Below, piece by piece: positions 1 to 7,977 of a stretch of DNA of 17,165 nt. The position numbers and the translations under genes were made by a program. The number at the start of each line of letters is the position of its first letter. Position 1 is the first letter of the stretch. The notes below the pieces were generated by a model. The model was not told the origin of the DNA. It did no database searches and saw nothing but the letters and a program-made list of their open reading frames with translations. Origin of the DNA: Thermoproteota archaeon (GTDB lineage: Archaea; Asgardarchaeota; Jordiarchaeia; Jordiarchaeales; Freyrarchaeaceae); the NCBI GenBank assembly GCA_029258835.1, contig JAPDJY010000059.1:1-17165 (forward strand). Reading direction: 5' to 3'.

Positions 1-1
1 C

Positions 2-898
2 GCTGTCGCCTGCCACACTTCAAGGCTTCTGATGGGGACCAGTGTCACGGAGTGCTTTAGAAGGCACCCCGCCATGCTTGCCCAAGCAGCCCTGACGCTG
101 GATCACATATCCAAGGGCCGCTTTATCCTTGGAATAGGGGCTGGAGAGTACGAGAACATCGAGCCATACGGGATAAATTATGAGAAGCCCGCCTCAAGGC
201 TTGAAGAGGCCTTAACTCTGATAAGGCTCCTCTGGGAGAGCGAGGGAAAGGTCAACTATGACGGAGCCTTCTGGAGGTTAAGGGACGCAGTCTTAACGCT
301 TGAACCCTACAGGGAGGGGCGATACCCGCCTATATGGGTGGCGGCCCACGGAAAGAGAACAATGAGGATCGCCGGGCGGCTGGGGGATGGCTGGTTCCCA
401 ACCTACATGCCCCTCCAAAACTATAAAGAAGGGCTGAGAATAGTTCAGGATGCTGCAAGGGAGGCTGGAAGAAGCCCTGAAGAGATCACCCCAGCCATGT
501 GGTGCTACGTTGTCATAGACGAGGAAGCTGAGGAGTGTAAGAGGGTGCTCGCCTCACCAATGATAAAGGCTTTCGCATTGACACTACCCTACCAAGCCTA
601 CGAGGAAGCAGGATACCAGCACCCCTTAGGATACAAGTCCGTGCCCTTCGCCGACTACGTCCCCACAAGGTATTCGAGGGAACGCGTCCTAGCCGCCCTA
701 GAAAAGGTTCCAGTCGAAGTCTGCGAAAAATACATACTTAACGGGACACCGGACGACATAATAAAAGCCCTAGAAGACTACGTTAAAGTAGGGCTCAAAC
801 ACGTAGTACTATGGAACATAACATTCTTCGGGGACCTGAGGAAGGTGAGGTCATCGTTCAACGCGATGGCCAAAGTTTTAGAATATATAAAAGGATGA
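2..898 (+). CDS. LLM-class (luciferase-like) oxidoreductase, probably F420-dependent, phthiodiolone ketoreductase (Rv2951c)-like; 5' truncated by window edge
   Basis: Frame is open from position 2 (AVACHTSRLLMGTSVT...). LLM motifs: RRHPAMLAQAALTLDHISKGRFILGIGAGE, EPYG, PPIWVAAHG, AGRLGDGW, GTPDD. Confidence 0.85.
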   Translation, partial: AVACHTSRLLMGTSVTECFRRHPAMLAQAALTLDHISKGRFILGIGAGEYENIEPYGINYEKPASRLEEALTLIRLLWESEGKVNYDGAFWRLRDAVLTLEPYREGRYPPIWVAAHGKRTMRIAGRLGDGWFPTYMPLQNYKEGLRIVQDAAREAGRSPEEITPAMWCYVVIDEEAEECKRVLASPMIKAFALTLPYQAYEEAGYQHPLGYKSVPFADYVPTRYSRERVLAALEKVPVEVCEKYILNGTPDDIIKALEDYVKVGLKHVVLWNITFFGDLRKVRSSFNAMAKVLEYIKG

Positions 899-1013
899 AC
901 AGCACAGCCTCATCAAATTCCTTAAACTGTTGCGTTAACATCCTCGAGAATCCCTCCTTTTTCATCCACCACCAGAAACCTTTTAACCTTTAAAAAGACG
1001 GTAATAGTTTAGA

Positions 1014-1517
1014 GTGGTTGCCTTGAGCGACTACGGGAATTATTACGAAGGTTATGAAGAAGAGGTTCCTGTAGGATTCATAACCTCTTTCATAGGGGTT
1101 CCAGCATCCCTGATCTGGATAGGGTGGACATACTTCTATCTACGCTACCTTGAAGGCTACAGTTTCACCATGTCTCTCCTTGCAGCCTCCTCCCCCTACC
1201 TCTACCCGTACGTTGAGGCAAGCACCTACCTGTCCATATACCTTGTAGCTCAGATAATGGCTTATACGTGGGCTAAGGAGCTGCTGGGGTTCATCTGGTA
1301 TTCAAGCATGGTGGTAGCCGCCATAATCTTCGTCATACTTGACGCCGTCTTGATCATGGTTTCAAGGGGGGTTGAGCGTAAGCGCCGAATGGCTGCATCA
1401 CTTGGCGTGCTCGGACTAATCGTAATAATACCATTCTTCTTTGGACCTCAGATAGCCATTTACGCTTTAGCCCTCCGCCTTGCCATTCACGTAATCTCAG
1501 CGATAATACTCAGGTAA
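1014..1517 (+). CDS. Hypothetical multi-pass membrane protein (~4 hydrophobic segments)
   Basis: 167-aa ORF with an acidic/Tyr-rich N-terminus, several long hydrophobic stretches and a basic loop (RGVERKRR). TATA-like TTTAA/TTTAAAAA lies at ~981-996. Confidence 0.7.
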   Translation: MVALSDYGNYYEGYEEEVPVGFITSFIGVPASLIWIGWTYFYLRYLEGYSFTMSLLAASSPYLYPYVEASTYLSIYLVAQIMAYTWAKELLGFIWYSSMVVAAIIFVILDAVLIMVSRGVERKRRMAASLGVLGLIVIIPFFFGPQIAIYALALRLAIHVISAIILR

Positions 1518-1577
1518 CCGCCAATTTGCTGACCCCATCTAGACTCCATAGGCCTTCTCAAGCAAATTCCCGGGAAG

Positions 1578-1600
1578 CCCTCCTCATTAAAATGAGAGGG
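1578..1600. other. Inverted repeat/hairpin between convergent genes
   Basis: CCCT-C-CTCATT-AA-AATGAG-AGGG stem with one bulge, between the stop codons at 1517 (+) and 1641 (-). Confidence 0.45.
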
Positions 1601-1640
1601 TGGTTTGCGGGTTGCACCAGCGGGTCTTCTCGCTTCTCAG

Positions 1641-2942
1641 CTACCTCTTTAGGTACTTTCTCATCATTTTGGCTGTAATCTTGTTTCTCCTTGCTATCTC
1701 AGCGTAAAGGTACGCGCTTTCCCTAGGCTTCCTCTCCAGAGTTCTGAAGTCGACTTCGACCAGTCCAAACCTCATTCTGAAGCCTTCATTCCACTCGAAG
1801 TTGTCTATTAGAGACCAGTGGAAGTAGCCCCTCAAGTCGACGCCGTCACTTATCGCCCTGTGCGCCTCTGCTAGGTGGCGTAGTATGTACCTGCACCTCT
1901 GCCTGTCGTTGACCGCCGCTATCCCGTTCTCCGTCACGTACACCGGCTTACCGTACTTTTTCAGCCTAGTAAGCATCTTGTAGATTCCTTCAGGGTAAAC
2001 GATCCAGAAGTAGTCGGAGACTTCAGCGTCTAAAGGTATCACCCTGAAAAGCCTCGTCGGGTCAGGGCTGGGGAGGCATATCTCCTTAGTGTAGTAGTTC
2101 AGCCCTATGAAGTCCCATGCACCCTTGAGCCCCTCTTCCTCCTTCCCGTCGCCGAAGGGGGGCTGAACAGCCCCCGTGTGTATGCACTCAAGGAACCAGT
2201 TGTTGTATGCGTTGTCCATGTTCTCCGCCACGCCCACGTGCTCCTTGTTGTTTGGATCCAACGGCTCAAAGTATATCATGTTCTTGACTATGCCAACCTG
2301 CGGCTTGGGGAACCCCCTCTCCTCGCACACCTCGTGGATTGCCCTGTACGCTCTCGCGTGCGCCATCAACAGGTTTCTGGCGACATTCACCGCTTTAGCG
2401 AGGTCCCGCTCCCCCGGAGGGAAAATGCCGAACAGGTACCCCATCATGGCGTAAACCATCGGCTCATTAATCGTGTTATAGAAGGGTATCAGGTCCCCTA
2501 GCTCCTCCACGACGCGCCCTGCAAACCTCTCAAAAAGGTCAACGCTTTCAGGCTTCTCCCACCCTCCCCTCTCAGCAAACCAGATTGGATCCGTGAAGTG
2601 GTGGAGCGTGATCATCGGCGTAAGCCCCTTCTCCCTCATTGCGAGGATCATCTTGCGGTAGTGCTCCAGCTCCCTCCTGTTCCACTTCCCTTCCTTCCTC
2701 TCAATCCTACTCCACTCTATAGAGGTTCTAAAAGCGTTAAGGTTGAGGCGCCTCGCGATCTCAAAGTCCTCTTTATACCTGTTGTAGTGGTCGCATGCGA
2801 CCCCGGACAAGTCTAAAGTGTGTCCCTCCTTTTCCCATCTCCACCAGTTATTATTCGTGTTGTTGCCCTCAACCTGGTGAGCGGAGACAGCACAACCCCA
2901 CAGGAAGCCACGAGGAAAACTCAAATCCCTAAACTCCACCAT
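1641..2942 (-). CDS. Glycoside hydrolase family 1 beta-glucosidase/beta-glycosidase
   Basis: GH1 signatures: FPRGFLWGCAVSAHQVEG, FRTSIEWSRI, TLHHFTDP, catalytic TINEP (acid/base) and VTENG (nucleophile), WSLIDNFEW. Start placed at ATG 2942 (GGGTG SD-like site upstream) rather than 2972. Confidence 0.95.
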   Translation of the reverse strand: MVEFRDLSFPRGFLWGCAVSAHQVEGNNTNNNWWRWEKEGHTLDLSGVACDHYNRYKEDFEIARRLNLNAFRTSIEWSRIERKEGKWNRRELEHYRKMILAMREKGLTPMITLHHFTDPIWFAERGGWEKPESVDLFERFAGRVVEELGDLIPFYNTINEPMVYAMMGYLFGIFPPGERDLAKAVNVARNLLMAHARAYRAIHEVCEERGFPKPQVGIVKNMIYFEPLDPNNKEHVGVAENMDNAYNNWFLECIHTGAVQPPFGDGKEEEGLKGAWDFIGLNYYTKEICLPSPDPTRLFRVIPLDAEVSDYFWIVYPEGIYKMLTRLKKYGKPVYVTENGIAAVNDRQRCRYILRHLAEAHRAISDGVDLRGYFHWSLIDNFEWNEGFRMRFGLVEVDFRTLERKPRESAYLYAEIARRNKITAKMMRKYLKR

Positions 2943-3019
2943 AAACACCCACCCTTTGAACACTGCTATCACACGCCAACAAATTTAAGATTTTCCTCAA
3001 GAGCTAAATCGTAAATTTA

Positions 3020-3438
3020 TGATGATGTGGTGAAGCATTAATTCATCATAAAATTTAAATTGCTATTAAGAATTGGAGTGAAATTTCCCCGGTGTTGGCA
3101 TTCTCACCGTTGAAAGAAAAAACAGATTAAAAGTTATTATTTCATGCAAAACGAACCTCAGAGAACGATTAACAGAAACTGCTTTTTGGAAAAGAGAACT
3201 TGAAAGACCCGGTAGTACGAAAAATATTGTTGTATTTATAACTACAGGTAAAGATGATGAACCCAGAATAGACACTAACCGGTGCATCCCTCTCCACATA
3301 GTAGATTGTGCATTCGCAACAGCTCTACAAAACATGCCGAATTATTTAGAATTTACAAAGAGAATTATGGAGATAGATGAATTCTCAAAAATTAATGTCG
3401 AAAACCAAAGCTATTGCAGAAATTAAAGATATTCATTA
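3020..3438 (+). pseudogene. Degenerate Type II restriction endonuclease remnant, CCGG family (BsaWI-like)
   Basis: Frame 3082-3426, with no upstream start codon, reads NFPGVGILTVERKNRLKVIISCKTNLRERLTETAFWKRELE...IVVFITT. An upstream frame gives IAIKNWSEI. The region is AT-rich relative to its neighbours. The 5' boundary is approximate. Confidence 0.65.
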
Positions 3439-3993
3439 AATTATTATCGGATGTAAGAGTTTGACCACTTCACTCCTCCTTTCCAAGTGGGGGCAGTCCG
3501 AGGGGTCTTTCTCGCAGGTGGCCAGCTTAATAGCGAAGCTATAGCAGCTTGACTCCCCACAGTCCCCACAGTTCGTTCCGGGAAGCAGTTCAACCAGTTT
3601 GACGGGGCTAACCTTCGGCTTAGACTTGACGGCCTCCGCCGGCGGCTTTCCCACCCTCTCCAAGTACCTGAACGCCCTGTTCGCTAGGTCAACCACGTAT
3701 CCCACCACCTTCCTAGCTTCATCCTCATCCTTAAGGTTGGTCACCGTCACTTTTCCCTCACCAAAAACCGTCACAAGATGATCACAGTACATAAACGACA
3801 CAGAGGAAGCCTCCTCATTATACGTCGCCTGAGGAAGATACAGGTAAATTACCGGCAGGACGTCGTGAAGTTTCTCCTCTACTCTAGCAATCACTCTTAT
3901 TTTCTCGGGGCCCGCCATGCAAGGAAGAACTTCAACTATTTTAAAACCTTTCACCCTAGCCGGGCTCAGCAAATCTATCAGAGAACCCATCAC
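3436..3993 (-). CDS. Fe-S cluster-binding protein with C-terminal FeS (PF04060-type) domain, COG4871-like
   Basis: C-terminal LPGTNCGDCGESSC...CP four-Cys motif. N-terminal PC(MAG)PEKIR domain. Confidence 0.8.
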   Translation of the reverse strand: MMGSLIDLLSPARVKGFKIVEVLPCMAGPEKIRVIARVEEKLHDVLPVIYLYLPQATYNEEASSVSFMYCDHLVTVFGEGKVTVTNLKDEDEARKVVGYVVDLANRAFRYLERVGKPPAEAVKSKPKVSPVKLVELLPGTNCGDCGESSCYSFAIKLATCEKDPSDCPHLERRSEVVKLLHPIII

Positions 3994-4013
3994 ACCACCC
4001 CAAACACCACCAT

Positions 4014-4050
4014 CCGCCTTAACGGCAAGGCGGCGGCAAATTTAAATTTA
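4014..4050 (-). promoter_or_regulatory. Putative promoter (TATA) with a perfect 7-bp inverted repeat upstream of the Fe-S gene
   Basis: CCGCCTT-aacggc-AAGGCGG at 4014-4033. AT-rich TAAATTTAAATTT on the minus strand at ~4038-4050. Confidence 0.4.
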
Positions 4051-4079
4051 TCGGTTTATGCCAATATTCAAGAAAAGCT

Positions 4080-5114
4080 TTACTTTTTCCCTCCAAAGAA
4101 CCTTGCTGCTTCGACCATGATTGAGATGTGCTTTGTTGGGGTTTCAAGCCAGAAGTCTGATCCCGGAGCTACCATGCTAACTCCCTCCTCCAGGGCTTTC
4201 CTGACAGCTTCCCTTATCCTCTCTTCAGGCCCCTCGTAGAGGACTCCTACCGGGTCAAGGTTACCTATTACGGGGAACCCCGCCCTAGTTGAGTCGAGGA
4301 TTTTCCTAGCGCCGCTTACCGGGGTATCTTGGTCTATGGCTACAGCGTTCACCCCGCATCTTGGAACCCTGTCGATTACTGGCAGGGCTTCTCCTGGAAG
4401 GCTTAGAACGGATACTTCAGCATGTTCAGCCATTTTCCTCACGTATGGCCTGACGAACTCGTCGAAAAACACTGGTGGGAGGGTGCTTGCAGAACCCCCC
4501 ATCTCGTAAAACGTTATAATGTCTGCTCCAGCTTCAACGTATACGTCTACGATCTCAGCGTAAACATCGACAACCTCGTCTAGAACGTCCTTAACCTCTT
4601 CGGGGTTCCTTTCCAAGGTGACCATGAAATTTGTGTACTCGAAAACGTAGTAGCTTAGGCTGGTGAAGGGGGGGACAACGTACACGTTGACGGGAACCTC
4701 CCCCTCGAACTCGTCTTTCAGAATTCTTACCGCTTCAGCTACCACTTGAACCCTTCCAGCGCTTGAAACGTCTTCAGGGGGGATGGGGGGAACAACCCGT
4801 TTCACTAGAGGCGCTTTAGCGCTGGGCCATGCAAGAAACCTCTCCTTCTCGTGAAAGTTGACTTGGACGCCGAAGACCTCCGCCTCGACCAATGTGTCGA
4901 AGGGGACTGTAACGTTATCTAGACCGCAGAACCTGTAGGCGGCGGAGCCGAGCCTCGCCATCTTCACAGGGTTCTTATGCGCTTCAGGCCACCATGCACC
5001 CGTCAGCTCCATGAACTCGCGTGTACACGTAGAGGAGAAGTTAACGCAAGGAGTGACGTCCACGCCTTCTCCACGCCCCTTCAAAACAGCCATTACTCTC
5101 TCATAAGAGTTCAA
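4080..5114 (-). CDS. MtaA/CmuA-family (URO-D superfamily) methylcobamide methyltransferase-like protein with divergent Zn site
   Basis: SYERVMAVL, WPEAHKNPVKMARL, VPFDTLVEAEVFG, GRVQVVAEAVRILK, AGADII, IGNLDPV and APG motifs. TTG start with a GGTGGGG SD-like site. Confidence 0.85.
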   Translation of the reverse strand: MNSYERVMAVLKGRGEGVDVTPCVNFSSTCTREFMELTGAWWPEAHKNPVKMARLGSAAYRFCGLDNVTVPFDTLVEAEVFGVQVNFHEKERFLAWPSAKAPLVKRVVPPIPPEDVSSAGRVQVVAEAVRILKDEFEGEVPVNVYVVPPFTSLSYYVFEYTNFMVTLERNPEEVKDVLDEVVDVYAEIVDVYVEAGADIITFYEMGGSASTLPPVFFDEFVRPYVRKMAEHAEVSVLSLPGEALPVIDRVPRCGVNAVAIDQDTPVSGARKILDSTRAGFPVIGNLDPVGVLYEGPEERIREAVRKALEEGVSMVAPGSDFWLETPTKHISIMVEAARFFGGKK

Positions 5115-5305
5115 TATCCCACCCTACGGGGAAAGAGCAGCCTCCATCCTAAAAAGTTTCCCATCAACAAGGGTGGAAGTAAGAAGTAGGAAATAAGAAG
5201 TAAGGAACGGTGAACGTTAAGTAATAACATCTCAAGAACCTGGGTTAAACTCGTTTAAAAAGGGGGCTTGTAGAATGTTAAATCTAGTTTATTTCCTTTT
5301 GATCC

Positions 5306-5937
5306 TCACTTCTTCTCCTTTACGGGTTGTCTTAGGATGGTTTTCATTTTCTCCGACGGCGTCCTTCTTAGGTCTGAAAGGTATACTTCGTGGTGTGGTC
5401 CGTTCTCAACGAGCCCCTTCTCCACCATAAGTTTTCTCTATTGACTTCTGCTCGTTGAGTAGGGTTCCACGTGCAGTATTTGAACACACCTTCCTTCTTT
5501 CAAGTTTAACCCCTGCGGTAGCCTTTACTTTCCTCTTTTCAATTTACTTCCTGCTTCGCTTCTTCGACTACTTCGAAGGACACGAATTCAGGCATGTGAA
5601 TAAGCAGCTTCCACCGCCATTCCTCGCGGGGAACCTCCGTGAAAGGCTTATCTGTCCACCCACCACAACCCCTCCAGTTGGGAACAGCGAAATACATTTC
5701 CTCCTTCTTGTAAGCCTTCTTCACACTGTAAGCCACAGAGTACAAAGCCCCAACTTTAACTTGAAACTCGCCTCCACCCGAAGGCCCCCTCCCTCCACCG
5801 TTAAAAACAGTCCTTCTTCCACCTCAACAATCTCGGGAGTAGTCCTCGCAGCGTTAATAAGACTTGTACTCCCTGACTAAATCAAGCTTCCGACTCATGG
5901 ATTCACAAACCCCGTTTAAGTCGACCTCCTTCCTCAT
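5306..5937 (-). pseudogene. GyrI-like small-molecule-binding domain protein, multiply frameshifted pseudogene
   Basis: Stitching frames gives MSRKLDLVREYKSY/..PEIVEVEEGLFLTVEG../GEFQVKVGALYSVAY../LEGLWWV/..EWRWKLLIHMPEFVS../EGRCVQILHVEPYS/..HHEVYLSDLRRTPSEKMKTILRQPVKEKK*. Start is ATG 5937 or in-frame ATG 5898. Confidence 0.85.
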
Positions 5938-6197
5938 TCCACCTCATCCATTACGCTTACGTTCAATCCCCCTTTTAAACCTAATTCGATTGAGGCAAGA
6001 AGATTACACCATTTACTAGAAACCTATTTTTTAATCGGCTTTCCCCTCAAAAACCAGCAAAAACAGAATTAACTGCAGTAAATTAAACACGAACTCTACT
6101 TCCCGCTTCCTTTAGCTTCTTTCAGCCATCATCACAGGTTCCCACTTCTCACATCAAATTCACTTCTCCCTTCTACGTGTCAACGCCTAAAACACGT

Positions 6198-6220
6198 AAA
6201 AGAAGGAAAAAGGGGGGAGA
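6198..6220 (-). terminator. Putative archaeal pyrimidine/T-rich terminator of the first thiolase-like operon
   Basis: Minus strand TCTCCCCCCTTTTTCCTTCTTTT immediately follows the stop codon at 6221. Confidence 0.5.
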
Positions 6221-6742
6221 TTACTGGGTGCTTTCTTTCCTTATTGGTTCAACCCCCTCCATGTCGCTTAGTAGTCCCTCAGGCTTCTCCTTCCACACCG
6301 CTTTAACCCTCATTCCAACATGAACTTCTTCTGGCTTCGCGTTTAGCAGTACGGTGGCATAGTTCGTGTCTGTTCCGTCGAAGTTAACGTAAACCATGAT
6401 AAGCCTTTCGCCATCCTTCACTATTCCCGCCTCAACGGGGTCTAGCCCGAGAACCTTAACCTGACCTCTTTTTATCTCAGGGCTTATGGTGAAGCTCGTG
6501 ATGGTTCCTACGTCGCTTACCTCCCTCCTTGCGTCGATCTTCCTCCAGCATCTGCCGCATATGTTCCTTGGAGGGAAGAACACCCTTCCACACCCGGTGC
6601 AAAGGGACGCAATTATCTTCTTCCGTTTAAATCCCTCAACAATTTCATTGTAGAGTTTTGGACCCTTATACATGTAAGCGCCTATCGGCCAGGTGTCCTC
6701 AACAGCCAGCGTCTCCTTCCTCTCCTTCGACACTTCACTCAC
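6221..6742 (-). CDS. Zn-ribbon/OB-fold protein (DUF35 family)
   Basis: CTGC-x10-CGRC zinc ribbon, GTITSFTI, VHVGMRVKAVW. Start overlaps the upstream stop (GTGA). Confidence 0.9.
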   Translation of the reverse strand: MSEVSKERKETLAVEDTWPIGAYMYKGPKLYNEIVEGFKRKKIIASLCTGCGRVFFPPRNICGRCWRKIDARREVSDVGTITSFTISPEIKRGQVKVLGLDPVEAGIVKDGERLIMVYVNFDGTDTNYATVLLNAKPEEVHVGMRVKAVWKEKPEGLLSDMEGVEPIRKESTQ

Positions 6743-7977
6743 CTCCTAGGAGCGTCTCCAAGCACGGTTACAACGGTGAAGTTTGTTGAGCCACCCCACC
6801 CGTGGGCGACAGCGTTCTTGACGTCCTTGGGAACCTGGTGCTTGCCAGCCTTCCCCATTATCTGAAGGGCGCACTCGGCCACTCTCTGCATGGCTGATGA
6901 GCCTATTGCGTTCGTGGAGAGGACGCCTCCAGACGGGTCGATCGGTATTCTGCCATCTATCTCTGTTTCACCCTCTTCAAGCGCGATCCACGCTTTCCCG
7001 TCGTCAAACAGCATGAGCTTCTCGGCGTACATGAGCTCTTGATGGGGGAACGGCTGGTATATTTCAGCTACGTCAATCTCCTCCCTAGGATTTCTTATCT
7101 TAGCCATCTCATATGCTTTCATCGCCGCAATCCTGCACTGAAGCTGCTCCGAGGTGTCTAGTATTCCTACCCCCTGAGCGTTCTCCCCCATCTGGTTCTC
7201 TTCATCAGCACACGCCGCTAAGCCCTTAACCCAAGCGGGCCTGTCAACCCTCCTAGCTATCTCCTCGCTGGCGACGATTATTGCTGAGGCTCCATCGCTG
7301 GCAGGACATATGTGCCCGAACCTTAACGGATACGCGACCATAGGGGTCTTAGCGATGTCATCCGGTGTACAATTAGGCCATTGAAGGTGTGCATACTCGT
7401 TCTTAGCAGCGTTCCTCCTTGACTTAGCCGCAACCATGTCGTAGTGCTCTATTCTGCACCCGGACCTGTGCATGTAAAACATCGCCTGATACGATGAAAC
7501 ACCTGCAGCAGCACCTACCCCCCCACTCAAGGCGAAAAGAGCTCTCATCGGGGCTCCATAGTTAAACATGTAGAACAGGTTAGCAAGTCCAACGTGGGCG
7601 AGCCCTGTCGTCGCCCCCGGCTCCTTGCTATCAGAGTGCTTCTCGAAGCCTATAGCTAAAACCACGTCGTAAAGCCCTGAGATGACGGAGTACATTGCTG
7701 CCTGAGCTACGGAGCCGCCTGTCGTCCCACCGGTCGCCACCCTCAGAACGGGCTTCCCCGGAGCCCCTATCCAGTCACCAGCCCAGAGCTCCGCCTGGCA
7801 TATCCCGCCGAAGCCCTGCATGTTACCTATGACTATGGCGTCGACGTCCTCGGGGGCTATCTCAGCGTCCTCTATAGCCCTCCACGCAGCCTCGCTTATC
7901 ATCTCGGCAGTGTTGACATCTCTCCTCCTCCCATGCTTTGTCTGCCCAACACCTATAACTGCAACATTCCTCCACAT
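6739..7977 (-). CDS. Thiolase-superfamily (SCP-x type) protein, Ltp3-like, lacking the catalytic Cys; probable aldolase subunit
   Basis: VAVIGVGQT, SDGASA, EIYQPF, DPSGGVLSTNAIG, AHGWGG. TGGTTG sits where the thiolase nucleophile motif CAS/TG would be. Confidence 0.88.
   Translation of the reverse strand: MWRNVAVIGVGQTKHGRRRDVNTAEMISEAAWRAIEDAEIAPEDVDAIVIGNMQGFGGICQAELWAGDWIGAPGKPVLRVATGGTTGGSVAQAAMYSVISGLYDVVLAIGFEKHSDSKEPGATTGLAHVGLANLFYMFNYGAPMRALFALSGGVGAAAGVSSYQAMFYMHRSGCRIEHYDMVAAKSRRNAAKNEYAHLQWPNCTPDDIAKTPMVAYPLRFGHICPASDGASAIIVASEEIARRVDRPAWVKGLAACADEENQMGENAQGVGILDTSEQLQCRIAAMKAYEMAKIRNPREEIDVAEIYQPFPHQELMYAEKLMLFDDGKAWIALEEGETEIDGRIPIDPSGGVLSTNAIGSSAMQRVAECALQIMGKAGKHQVPKDVKNAVAHGWGGSTNFTVVTVLGDAPRR

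Noticed and set aside
2176-3014. Plus-strand ORFs 2176-2454, 2178-2501, 2598-2816 and 2820-3014
   Set aside because: Antisense shadows of the GH1 gene with no recognisable motifs.
3066-3335. 89-aa minus-strand ORF
   Set aside because: Antisense to the restriction-endonuclease remnant, which has far better motif support.
3599-5189. Plus-strand ORFs 3599-3781, 3778-4239 and 4977-5189
   Set aside because: Overlap well-supported minus-strand genes and have non-protein-like composition.
5455-5880. 141-aa plus-strand ORF, and the 68-aa minus ORF as a standalone gene
   Set aside because: Antisense shadow and internal fragment, respectively, of the GyrI-like pseudogene.
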